DNA of 63,568 nt, counting the filler, from Salisapilia sapeloensis CBS 127946 (lineage: Eukaryota; Protista; Oomycota): assembly GCA_023334545.1 (NCBI GenBank). It is 6 parts of 6 records of this genome, joined end to end, with 100 filler letters (N's around TTAATTAATTAA, not from the genome) between each part and the next. Parts side by side here need not be neighbours in the genome. Positions count along the whole stretch, not along the records: positions 1 to 30,735 come from JAADVB010000220.1; positions 30,836 to 34,262 come from JAADVB010000754.1; positions 34,363 to 54,979 come from JAADVB010000295.1; 3 more parts are not named here. One strand, 5' to 3'. Positions 25,670 to 34,719 of this stretch are shown one piece after another. The notes under the pieces were generated by a model. It did no database searches. It had not been told where the DNA came from and was given only the letters and a program-made list of their open reading frames with translations. Each line of letters opens with the position of its first letter. Positions within the stretch are counted from its first letter, which is position 1. The position numbers were made by a program, and so were the translations under genes.

Positions 25670-26797
25670 ATGATCGGTATCGTAGCAACGAAAAGTTGTT
25701 TATCTTGTAACACGCAAGGGGCCAAGAACCGATGTGGCGGGTGCAAAAGCGTCTACTTTTGTGATCGAGAGTGCCAGAAGAAGAGCTGGGGAGCTCACCG
25801 GCCTCAATGTATCGCCATCTCGTCCCAGGTATCCACTCCCGAGGTGCAAGAGAGGATACCTGACACCCACGAAGAGTCTCCTCCGACGGATCAAACAGCC
25901 ACGCGTCGCAATCGTCGAAAACACAAAAAGAAGCGCAAAGGACGCAGCAAGTCTCTTCCGAACGCGCCAAACGAAGCGCTCGGCGGTCGGCTCAAAGACC
26001 GGTCATCTTCGCTGCATGTCGACAAGCACGTCATGTGGGGCGACATTTCCATCAGGGAGTTCAACCGTTTTCCAGGAGGTGGAGGTGCCGTCCCTTACGA
26101 TGGAACGTGGGCACTAGGTCTTGGAGAGCCCCTTCAGGATCTCCAAGTGGGCAGTGTCTTGGACTATGAAGAGCACAAGAACCAGGAGCTGGAGCATCGC
26201 ATCAAGCTCCTCCCAAAGAAGCTCAGGAGCAGCGTCCACTCACTCGAGACTCGTCAGTTCGATTATCGTAAAGGAGCCAACAACCCTCTCTTCTCGAGAC
26301 TGGACGAGCGTGAGCGTCGTCAAGTCTTCTCGGAGGAGGAGACGTCACCTCCTTCTTCCCCAGAGCTCCATCCTCTAGAAATGGAGGAGGATCATCCAGA
26401 CTTTGCCTGTCTCTCGAGTGAGCAACAGGAGGAGTTTGCTCGGATACGAGAGTCGAGGGAGGAAGGGTGTGGGTGTTCCTGCGGAGAGCTCGTGAAGCGT
26501 GTCGGTCGGATGAACGTCAAGAAGCTGCATCACTTCCTCGAATCCAGAGGCGTCGAGATCGACAACCACGCCAAGCCGCAGCTTTTAGCGAGAGCCAAGG
26601 CCATCGCGATGGACGAGCAGAACTGCACCAACTCGGACGAGTGCGCGTGTCGTCAGAACGGCGTCGAGTGCCACGCGAGCGTCTGCTCCGGATGTGGCGA
26701 CAACTGCGAGAATCCGCTCAAGGCGTACTCGTACCATCGATCGCAAGTGGACCAGTACCGTCAACGTATCCTAACTGAATGCAATCACGTTCCGTAA
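25670..26797 (+). CDS. MYND zinc finger plus CSRNP (cysteine/serine-rich nuclear protein)-like domain with SAP-like insert
   Basis: N-terminal CLSC...CGGCKSVYFCDRECQKKSWGAHRPQC (MYND), a basic NLS, VMWGDISIREFNRFPGGGGAVPYDGTWALGLG, and IRESREEGCGCSC...C...CACRQNGVEC...C.GCGDNCENP matching the CSRNP conserved region. Confidence 0.8.
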   Translation: MIGIVATKSCLSCNTQGAKNRCGGCKSVYFCDRECQKKSWGAHRPQCIAISSQVSTPEVQERIPDTHEESPPTDQTATRRNRRKHKKKRKGRSKSLPNAPNEALGGRLKDRSSSLHVDKHVMWGDISIREFNRFPGGGGAVPYDGTWALGLGEPLQDLQVGSVLDYEEHKNQELEHRIKLLPKKLRSSVHSLETRQFDYRKGANNPLFSRLDERERRQVFSEEETSPPSSPELHPLEMEEDHPDFACLSSEQQEEFARIRESREEGCGCSCGELVKRVGRMNVKKLHHFLESRGVEIDNHAKPQLLARAKAIAMDEQNCTNSDECACRQNGVECHASVCSGCGDNCENPLKAYSYHRSQVDQYRQRILTECNHVP

Positions 26798-26846
26798 TGT
26801 CAAAAGAAAAAAACTCCATTTTGCATGTCCATTAGACCCTACGCAA

Positions 26847-28649
26847 TCATCGACGTCGAGAGAAGATGCCGCCAGACGAAGGCTTCTTCACACGACGCTT
26901 GTACACGGCAATCTTATCGTCCACGCGGATGCCCCACTGGAGATGGTCTGCCTGCACGGCCGAACGCAAGAAGGCATTCAGCTTTTCCGATCGGTCGCCC
27001 ACTACAGACTGAGAAAAGTTGCCTAGGATCTGTCGGTGCGGAAGTTCCGGAATATCTCGGCGTCGGACACCGCTTTCCTTGTGGAGACGGTCACACAGAG
27101 AGCGGAAGGTCGAGTAGCGTTTCCAGCAATAGACAGTTCCGTAGTTGCTCGTCTGGACCTCCAGCTTGTACTGGATGAACTTCTTGCCCGTCCGATGGAC
27201 GACGCGGCTGTCCACGATCCTGGCTGCTACGAGCTTGATCTCGTCCGGAATCGGACGCTGTGGGTCCTCTACGATAGCCTTCTCTTCCTCCTCTTCCTGG
27301 TGCACCTGCACCTGTGGGATCTGGACGAACGCCATGTTTTCCTCTCCATCCGTACCACCGAGTTCTGTCTTGACAGCGTAGCAGCCGACGTGAGGGTCCA
27401 GTCCGACCACTTCGCCCACGCCGAAGGGTGTGTCAACGACTGTTCTAGGAGACAAGATGCGGTCGTCGTCCAGATTAATGTCGTCGGGACGCACCTCGAT
27501 GGACAGACCGCCCATCTCCTTCTCCAGCTTGACCATGTACGTCTCCCTTTCCTTGTCATAGTACTCGACTCGTCCAGCTCCATGTCGACGAACAATCACA
27601 GGAACGTTCTTCGACAAAGACTGTTCGTACTTTTCAGCCTTGATCGCCTCCAGCTCCCTCCGTCTCCGCTCTTCTTTTTCACGCTGACGACGCTCCTCCT
27701 TCTCACGCTCCAGTCGCTCCTGCTCCTCCTGCTCTAACCTCCTCTGCTCCTCCTCTGCCCGACGCTTTCGCTCGATGGCCTCTGCTTCCCTCTGACGCTC
27801 CTCTTCCTCCTGTCTCAACCGCTCCTCCTCTTCCTTACGCTCCCGCTCTTCCTCTTCCAGCCGCAGTCTCTCCTTTTCTGCCTCCTCCTCACGCTGGCGC
27901 TCTTCCTCTTCCAAGCGCTTACGCTCCTCCTCCTCTTCCTCCTGACGCTGCTTTTCAATTGCAGCAAGACGAAGAGCCTCCTCTTCTTCCTCCTCCTTCC
28001 GCTTCTTCTCCTCTGCCTCCAGACGCAAGCGCTCTTCTTCCTGACGCTGTTGCTCCAGCTCCTCGGCTTCCTTTCTCAACCTGTCCTCTTCTTCCTTGGC
28101 AGCAGCCTCAGCCGCCAAGCGAGCGCGCAGCTCTTCTTCCTCCTTGCGCTCTCTTTCGATCTGCTCTCGACGGAGACGCTTGGATTCCTCGACGCGAGCC
28201 TCGTACTCTGCATCCTCCTTTTCCTTCTGAATACGCTCTTCATCCGATAGATCGTTCAGCTTCTCGGCCTCCTTCTTCTCCGTGTGCTCCTTTGCTAGTT
28301 CCACGACGTACTCCATGCCATACTGCAATCATACATGAGTATATAGTGGAATTAAAAGCCGATTAAAGACACGTACCCTCTCTTTCAGACGACGGACGGC
28401 AAAGGCTCGACCGAGACTTTGGATCTTTGTAGCCTTTGTGTGCACAAACTCCATCGTCTTGGGTCGGTGGAGGTACCAGAACTTGACTGCAGCCTTGGAG
28501 CTCATGATCGTCTCCAGATCCAACGGACGTAGCTGCGTCTCGTCCGACTGCATGCTCTTGTGCACGGCTTCATCTCGGTGGAGCGCCTCGTGGTCCGTCA
28601 GGACGGTGGACTCCCGCCCGTCCGACGGCTTGTAGTACGAAGAGTACAT
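26847..28649 (-). CDS. IQ motif - charged single alpha-helix - PX domain protein, 2 exons
   Basis: Exon 1 (28649-28377) carries ATKIQSLGRAFAVRR (IQ). A phase-0 intron spans 28376-28323. Exon 2 has a long E/R/K-rich run, two short beta-rich repeats (e.g. VVDTPFGVGEVVG) and a PX domain (IQYKLEV...WKRYSTFRSL...PELP...RSEKLNAFL). Confidence 0.82.
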
Positions 28650-29016
28650 GCTTATTCAATCTACGTGCGCGACGCAGGATCGATCGCCAAGTGACCTCCA
28701 GCTCACGAAGGGGAGGACGCGTCGTGCTACCGGAACTGGCACTTTGGACCAGACCTGGATTCTATACTTTACGCAAGTCAAACGGGACACTAAATTGTGG
28801 CGATCTCACGATGTCCGGCTTTTGTGATTCGTCAAAACGTATCCAATCACGTTACACACTCCTTCCGACCTTGCCGCGTCTCTGTAGGATTGTCGGAACG
28901 AGAGAACTGTATGGGATGCAAGCAGATATTGTCAGAGTAGCCATCGTGGTGCTCTATTTTTGTCTACTGGCAAACATCTATTCCTAGGACTCGCTGCATT
29001 CAAGCAATCAGGTACC

Positions 29017-30474
29017 ATGATCCAGCTCATGCTCGCCGGACCACCTGGGGCCGGGAAGACAAGCATCGCACAAGAACTTTGCCTCCGACTCGGACTCGAC
29101 CACGTCGCGACGGGAGATTTGCTACGGAGCCACATGACTTCTCGATCGAAACTTGGACAGATCGCTCGGCAATGTATCAAGCAGAGCAAACTCGTGCCGG
29201 ATAACGTCGTCGTCGACATGGTGGCTGACAAAGTACGACAATGCACGGCGTCAGGGTATGTGCTCGATGCGTTTCCTCGAACACCAGAACAAGTCCGTGT
29301 CTTGGAGGCGAGAAGCATTGTCCCAACTACAGTAGTAATCCTGAATCTATCCGAAGCAGAATGTGTAGCGCGAATTACTGGTCGCCGTTTCGATCGAACT
29401 ACAGACGCCATATACCACCTTCCGCAGCATATGCCGGATGACCAGATCATACAATCGCGCCTGTATCGTCGCAATGATGATCGAGCTGACCGACTACCAC
29501 CTCGTTTCACAGCCTATCGGTCGTACGGAAAGCAAACCATTACCATGTTTAAAAGCGTTGCTCACGTCGTCAATGCCAGTGGCAGTATCGAAGAAGTCGT
29601 TGGCCGAGTGCTAGAGATTGTTGATCCGCGTCGTGAATTTTCTGCTACAAACCAAGCATCCTTCCAAAATCCTGCTGGTCCATCGACGGAAAGCAGAATA
29701 AAAGCGTCATCTACTCACGCAAAGGCTAGACCATTCCCATACACTATTCGTGAAGAGCCTGAGGACGATATGGACTCTCAGACGGAAGACTGGCCGAACC
29801 AAAGCACCGGCCTCGATAAAGAAAAGTCGGGAGATAAAGATGTATATCCTGCTACAAGCACGACGTCCCCACACAAGGCTACTCGCAAAACTGACCAATC
29901 AAACTTAAAAGATGCGGAAACCCACTCGAACACGTTTGCAAGAGTGCACGACAACAACACTCCCGTCGACATGAGACGTGAACCGAGCGTACCGCAAGAG
30001 GAGCAAAAGATATCCGATTCGGAAAACCATTATCTCGAGTCCAAACCCGAAAAGGAGCTTATCACGGCGCCAACGGACGCGGATGCAGCCTACGCGATAT
30101 TCAAGGAAATGCTCTTGGACGGCTTTGAAGTGACCAAACATGGACGTCGTGGCCGACCGCACAGTCGTATGATCTTCACCGACTTGGAATTCAAGCGTAT
30201 ATTTTGGCAGAAACCGAGTCGAGATCACCGTACGAAGAAGGCGCGGATGGACCAAAGCATGGTGCTTCCAGCCATGGTCCAAGTGCTGAGAGGAATGAAA
30301 ACGGAAGTGCTAAAACGGTCAGGTAACATTGCAAAGTACGACCGCTACTTGTCTCTCATCGGGGACGATCGGACATTGGACATGGAGTTTCCGACAGAGG
30401 AGAGATGCGAAGAGATGCTCGTCGGCTTCGAGCGGTTGCTTCTCGACCTCCAATCTCGGCAGCAACATTACTAA
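29017..30474 (+). CDS. Adenylate kinase domain fused to a C-terminal PH domain
   Basis: GPPGAGKT P-loop, HVATGDLLR, GYVLDAFPRT, GRRFD and RNDD; a disordered linker; then LDGFEVTKHGRRGRPHSR...IFWQK...LSLIGDDRTLDME (PLC-type PH). First ATG at 29017. Confidence 0.85.
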   Translation: MIQLMLAGPPGAGKTSIAQELCLRLGLDHVATGDLLRSHMTSRSKLGQIARQCIKQSKLVPDNVVVDMVADKVRQCTASGYVLDAFPRTPEQVRVLEARSIVPTTVVILNLSEAECVARITGRRFDRTTDAIYHLPQHMPDDQIIQSRLYRRNDDRADRLPPRFTAYRSYGKQTITMFKSVAHVVNASGSIEEVVGRVLEIVDPRREFSATNQASFQNPAGPSTESRIKASSTHAKARPFPYTIREEPEDDMDSQTEDWPNQSTGLDKEKSGDKDVYPATSTTSPHKATRKTDQSNLKDAETHSNTFARVHDNNTPVDMRREPSVPQEEQKISDSENHYLESKPEKELITAPTDADAAYAIFKEMLLDGFEVTKHGRRGRPHSRMIFTDLEFKRIFWQKPSRDHRTKKARMDQSMVLPAMVQVLRGMKTEVLKRSGNIAKYDRYLSLIGDDRTLDMEFPTEERCEEMLVGFERLLLDLQSRQQHY

Positions 30475-30735
30475 ATCGTCAACCTTGTGAATGATGCAGA
30501 GTAACGCACGAGCATAGAGTATGCATGATCGCTAACAACATCGCAACAAGTACTATTAAACTTAATAAATATAAAAAGTATTATCATACGGCTATCATCA
30601 ATGTTTCCACTTGCTTTTGCATCCTGCCAACATCTATTTATAGGATGGCAGTGCGGATATCAGCAAAAGTGAAGCTCCTGTAGCGATTGCCAGTAAAATG
30701 GTAACTCAGCAGCAAGTAAGGGAGCCGCGCATTGC

Positions 30736-30835
30736 NNNNNNNNNNNNNNNNNNNNNNNNNNNNNNNNNNNNNNNNNNNNTTAATTAATTAANNNNNNNNN
30801 NNNNNNNNNNNNNNNNNNNNNNNNNNNNNNNNNNN
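30736..30835. other. Artificial contig spacer (44 N + TTAATTAATTAA + 44 N)
   Basis: Exactly 100 bp; the central 12-mer puts stop codons in all six frames. Confidence 0.97.
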
Positions 30836-30837
30836 AT

Positions 30838-30873
30838 CGTCCGTACTACGGTGGTTACGGCCACTACTGGTAA
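30838..30873 (+). CDS. Possible C-terminal tail of a Gly/Tyr-rich protein cut by the contig edge
   Basis: Reads RPYYGGYGHYW* immediately after the spacer; only 12 codons are visible. Confidence 0.25.
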   Translation, partial: RPYYGGYGHYW

Positions 30874-31273
30874 TCTGCTCTTGCGTTTGCTTCGAAGTGG
30901 ACTATCACGGATGCGTGGAAGGATGCTTTGATGAAGACTATCGAGACGGATTAAACGAAATGCATATCGTCTTTGCCAGAAACTCTGTATTTACGTTTAT
31001 TGGTTCCACTGGGGTATCTAGTAACTCCCTTATGCCTTGAGAACTTAGTTGAAAGAGATGGGCAACTATCGTTCGTGAAGGGTGCTTGGAAGTGAATTCC
31101 TATCGTTCAGTAAAAGGTGATGAGTTGAAAATCTGCCTAGAACTAAGGAAACGAGTACCAGCTTTCTGTTCCATTGTAAGAGAATAAAAACACGTTGATT
31201 AATGCGTCAGGTCAAAGTTCAAATCAACAAATATGAGCAGCAGCATTGAGTTCCTTGCTTACGTGCTCTTGTC

Positions 31274-32291
31274 CTATGCAGACAAGCTGCGTGAATGCAT
31301 CGGTGCCATGCCATGGTAGCGCTTCACAAACCCACCGACACCAGGACGTAGCCTTGGTGCTTCTGCATCCACCTCTGGCTCAATAGAAGCAGTGACTACG
31401 GTCACACCTACAGTTGTGTTAGCACTTTTTGACATAAAGACATGTGAGGTACGCACTGGGAAACTCCTGATGGATGCGGTGGAGAGCGAAGGCACTGATG
31501 AATGGGCACATAAAGTAGATGGCGTTCTCAGCCACTCCATCCGACAATAAGATCTATCTCATCATCCATCAGCTCTAGATACCTTTACGCTGATAAATGA
31601 CAAGTACCTCGATCGCGTGACAGATGATGGCTCCTTGGACACACTCGCCACTCATAAGTACTACATCTGTAGCTTGCAGACTCGATGGCAAATTCACTTC
31701 GCTCGCGACTGTCGGCTCTTGGTTTCCAGTCTGCGCGAAGAAGATCTCGCCTGTAGGATATTACTAAGTACTTTTATTCTCAAATCTAAAACTATTGCTC
31801 CTACCTGATAGAGCATCCGGCATGAGCTGCTTGAAGACACGCTGAACGATCAGACCACCGTTGTTGACGGACACACCGACACACTCCCGTTCTCGACAAG
31901 CGCCTTCCCATTGCTCTCCCGAAAGAGTGGTCACGTGATGTGGGACTGTCGGCGCTAGTGCCAATATCTCCTCTAGCAGCAGACTACGAACAAAGTCAAT
32001 CCTATGAAGCATATCGAGTAAGAAAATTGCAAATATCTACCGAATAAGTCGATCCGCAGTGCGCTGGAAAATTCTCCACGGAGTCGATTGGTCTCTCAAT
32101 ATAGTCAAGAGCTGCATCACCGCTGGTGATCGCATCTCTTCGATCAAAGGCGTCATCGGCTCTCTAGATGGGAGGAGACTCGTATCCGCTTCACCATCGA
32201 CGCGGTCGTTCGACTTGTGCTCATCTTCACTGTGCCCCGAATCGACCATGCTCACATCGTCCGATTCATCGTCCCTACTAGACACGCTCAT
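31274..32291 (-). CDS. Uracil phosphoribosyltransferase-like protein with degenerate catalytic motifs, 5 exons
   Basis: Spliced product: ...QLLTILRDQST...FQRTADRLIR/LLLEEIL...VTTLSGEQWEG...CVGVSV.../GEIFFAQ...LP...VVLMSGECVQGAIICHAIE/ILLSDGVAENAIYF...HQEFP/VTVVTASIE...PGVGGFVKRYHG. Colinear with UPRT, with canonical GT-AG introns restoring the frame. Confidence 0.75.
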
Positions 32292-32325
32292 CAATACCTC
32301 CCTAGTTATCTCATGACGTTATAGT

Positions 32326-32997
32326 CTACCTCCGAGAGGATGCGTGACGAGAATACGGATTAAGCGCCTCTCGAATGCCTCGACGACGATAGGCGCCGTA
32401 AGGAGCTGCTACACCTTGACGAGTGCCCGCAGGCTGGCGTGAAATATCCATTCCGTCAGCCACTGCCAGCGTCGCTTCTGGGCGTCCGTCTTGGTTACTC
32501 GTACTCTCACCTCGCAGCATCGCATACTCCGCCGCTAGGATGTGACTGTATGGAAGCATGCTCTGACTCACTCGTTCGCGTATGGCTTCTCGGTTCTTAA
32601 AGGTGTTGCTGATGGCAGCTCTAGTAACAGCGTACTCTCGTGCCAATTCAGTCTGTCGAGCTCCATTTTCAAGTCGCCGAATGATTTCCAGTCGCTCTTC
32701 CTCCAGTAGATACCGCAGTTCTCCTTGGAGACGTCGTTCCACTGCCCTACGTACTGGTATACCACGCACTGCGACCGACTGGGCCGTCACTTCGACTGAC
32801 TTTTCAGTCGCGTCAGGAAGCAAGTAGCTAGACAATGTGGGTAACTGTCTGCTAGAAGTAGAGCTGGTGTCACCAAAGCGCGAGGGAAGCGCAGAGTAGT
32901 TCCATGGCGGATGAAAAGCGATCGATTCTGCCATGGGAGACTGGTCCGTGGCCCCGCAACGGTAGTTGGACGGTACGCTGGCTTCTTCCTTACCCAT
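32326..32997 (-). CDS. CENP-B/pogo-type N-terminal helix-turn-helix protein without transposase catalytic domain
   Basis: LLEEERLEIIRRLENGARQTELAREYAVTRAAISNTFKNREAI matches the CENP-B_N/HTH_psq pattern; the flanks are low-complexity. ATG at 32997 or 32934. Confidence 0.65.
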   Translation of the reverse strand: MGKEEASVPSNYRCGATDQSPMAESIAFHPPWNYSALPSRFGDTSSTSSRQLPTLSSYLLPDATEKSVEVTAQSVAVRGIPVRRAVERRLQGELRYLLEEERLEIIRRLENGARQTELAREYAVTRAAISNTFKNREAIRERVSQSMLPYSHILAAEYAMLRGESTSNQDGRPEATLAVADGMDISRQPAGTRQGVAAPYGAYRRRGIREALNPYSRHASSRR

Positions 32998-34262
32998 TCT
33001 ACCTCAGTCTGTACGTGTACGGTGCTGAGAAGCTTGAGTGGTCTAAATGCAGATAAACTTAGCATGGAGTGGTTTCGAATGGCGTCGACTCCAGCATGCG
33101 GAAGACGACGCGGTGCAATCATCGCATGATAGTGACGAAATTCAGTTTACAAGAGATTATGGAACAGCGAGATCGCATACCTTTTAATGCTCTAGTTATG
33201 AATAACGATTCTACAGAGGCTGGAGAAGGTGTCCGTCGTGAATGGCTATTTAAGAAACCAGAGCTGAAAGTCACGCGTAGCGGTCCGATGTGAAAGTGAG
33301 CGAGTTTCGTTCCGAATGACTTCGAAAAGCGTTTACTGTCCCCCAGTCGCTCCAGCTGAGCGAGGGAGCTACCGTCGAAACGAAGTTTTGTCCGGGGCGA
33401 CAGTGAAAGGGAGATATGACCGTCGCTTAAATAGCAAAGATAAACTCGTAAAAGGAATGGAAAGTTGGGATCTCAACGACGATCTCTTTTCCGAATCGGA
33501 CGACCACGCAACCGTCTTTTTGCGTTAGATAAGCCACTTCCCACTGGCGACCGCACTGGCGCGAGGCTCCCTGCGTCCCTTTTCTAGTCCATAGGAGGAA
33601 AGTTTCTGGTTCATTCTATGGTTTCGTGGATGAGTACTGCCTCCTCCATTGGACGTAGTATTAAGCAGAGGAGATGGTGGCGTAAGGCTCGGTTGTCGCT
33701 TCGTCGGAGCCGCATGCGACTGGAATGATATGGTATCTTCATTCTTTACCGTATACAAATGTGGAAACTGATGTTCCACCGTCGGATGTCGTGATCGGAT
33801 AAAGTATGGACAGGCTAGGATCGATACCGGCGACAAATGTACCTTGATTGTTGAGGTATACGACTCCTGAAAGGTAAAGAATAATAGTCACAGGTCAGTG
33901 TATTGGCAGATCAAGAACAAGGGATTATCAGGTGTTCAGTACTCATTCACTTCAGTCTCTTCATCCTAACTTTATTGGAGACTACCATGTATCCCACAGT
34001 GCCTTTTTTCTTCAACAAGTGTGATGGATAGCTAAAAACATTGTCGAGCGGCGAGATATTTTTTCGAGTCTCTCCATCCATCATGTATAGCGACCAGTCT
34101 ACCGACGGCGTTGTCATGATCCATGCATCATGCATCATGCTTTTCTTCGCAATGTCCAACGCGAAGATGCTACATGACCCACCGACCGAACCAGTCCGCC
34201 CAACGAAGCTCATTGTGCGATCTGCCGCCTACTGCTCAAACGATCCCAACTTTCTACACGCG

Positions 34263-34362
34263 NNNNNNNNNNNNNNNNNNNNNNNNNNNNNNNNNNNNNN
34301 NNNNNNTTAATTAATTAANNNNNNNNNNNNNNNNNNNNNNNNNNNNNNNNNNNNNNNNNNNN
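34263..34362. other. Artificial contig spacer
   Basis: 100 bp, N44-TTAATTAATTAA-N44. Confidence 0.97.
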
Positions 34363-34372
34363 AAAGATTGAG

Positions 34373-34534
34373 GGTGGGGACGGCGCAAGCGCTCGTCCCC
34401 GCTACCAAAAATTCTACTGTGGAGTTACCACGAAGGGCACTCCTGAGCCATTACAGCGCCGGGGTGCAAGGGGCCTGCTCCGGCTCATGCCAACTGCCTC
34501 ATTGAGCACAGTCGGGCACCAGTCAGGTAAGTAT
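34373..34534 (-). ncRNA. U1: U1 spliceosomal snRNA
   Basis: Minus strand begins ATACTTACCTG. SL1 is CCGACTG-loop-CAGTTGG, SL2 is TGAGCC...TTGCAC...GGCTCA, SL3 is GGAGT...ACTCC, the Sm site is AATTTTTG, and the 3' hairpin is GGGGACGAGCGCTTGCGCCGTCCCC. Length is about 162 nt. Confidence 0.95.
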
Positions 34535-34719
34535 GATTTGATATTGGATAGGATTGGTGTAATATATAGTTTGAATGTGTTCGAGGGGGTCAGAGCGTGG
34601 TTTTGGACAAAAAACCTTTAGAGATTATGCTTTTATTATATTTCACGAGGAACACAGCACGAAAATGACAAACTGTAAAATGCATTGAGACGCAAGCAAC
34701 ACGGTGTCGTGCCCATGTC

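Noticed and set aside
27600-28260. Dense CTC/TTC periodicity resembling a CRISPR or satellite array
   Set aside because: It is the coding sequence of the E/R/K-rich helix; there are no fixed-length repeats with unique spacers. No CRISPR array, rRNA or full tRNA was found in the window.
30560-30735. Short minus-strand frame (NARLPYLLLSYHF...IRTAIL*) running from the contig edge
   Set aside because: Too short and without a recognisable family signature.
30780-30791. TTAATTAATTAA palindrome repeated five times
   Set aside because: It is always centred in 44+44 Ns: an artificial linker, not a biological repeat or recombination site.
33947-34262. 88-aa minus-strand ORF at the contig edge
   Set aside because: An in-frame stop lies just upstream, no motif is recognisable, and the other frames are closed.
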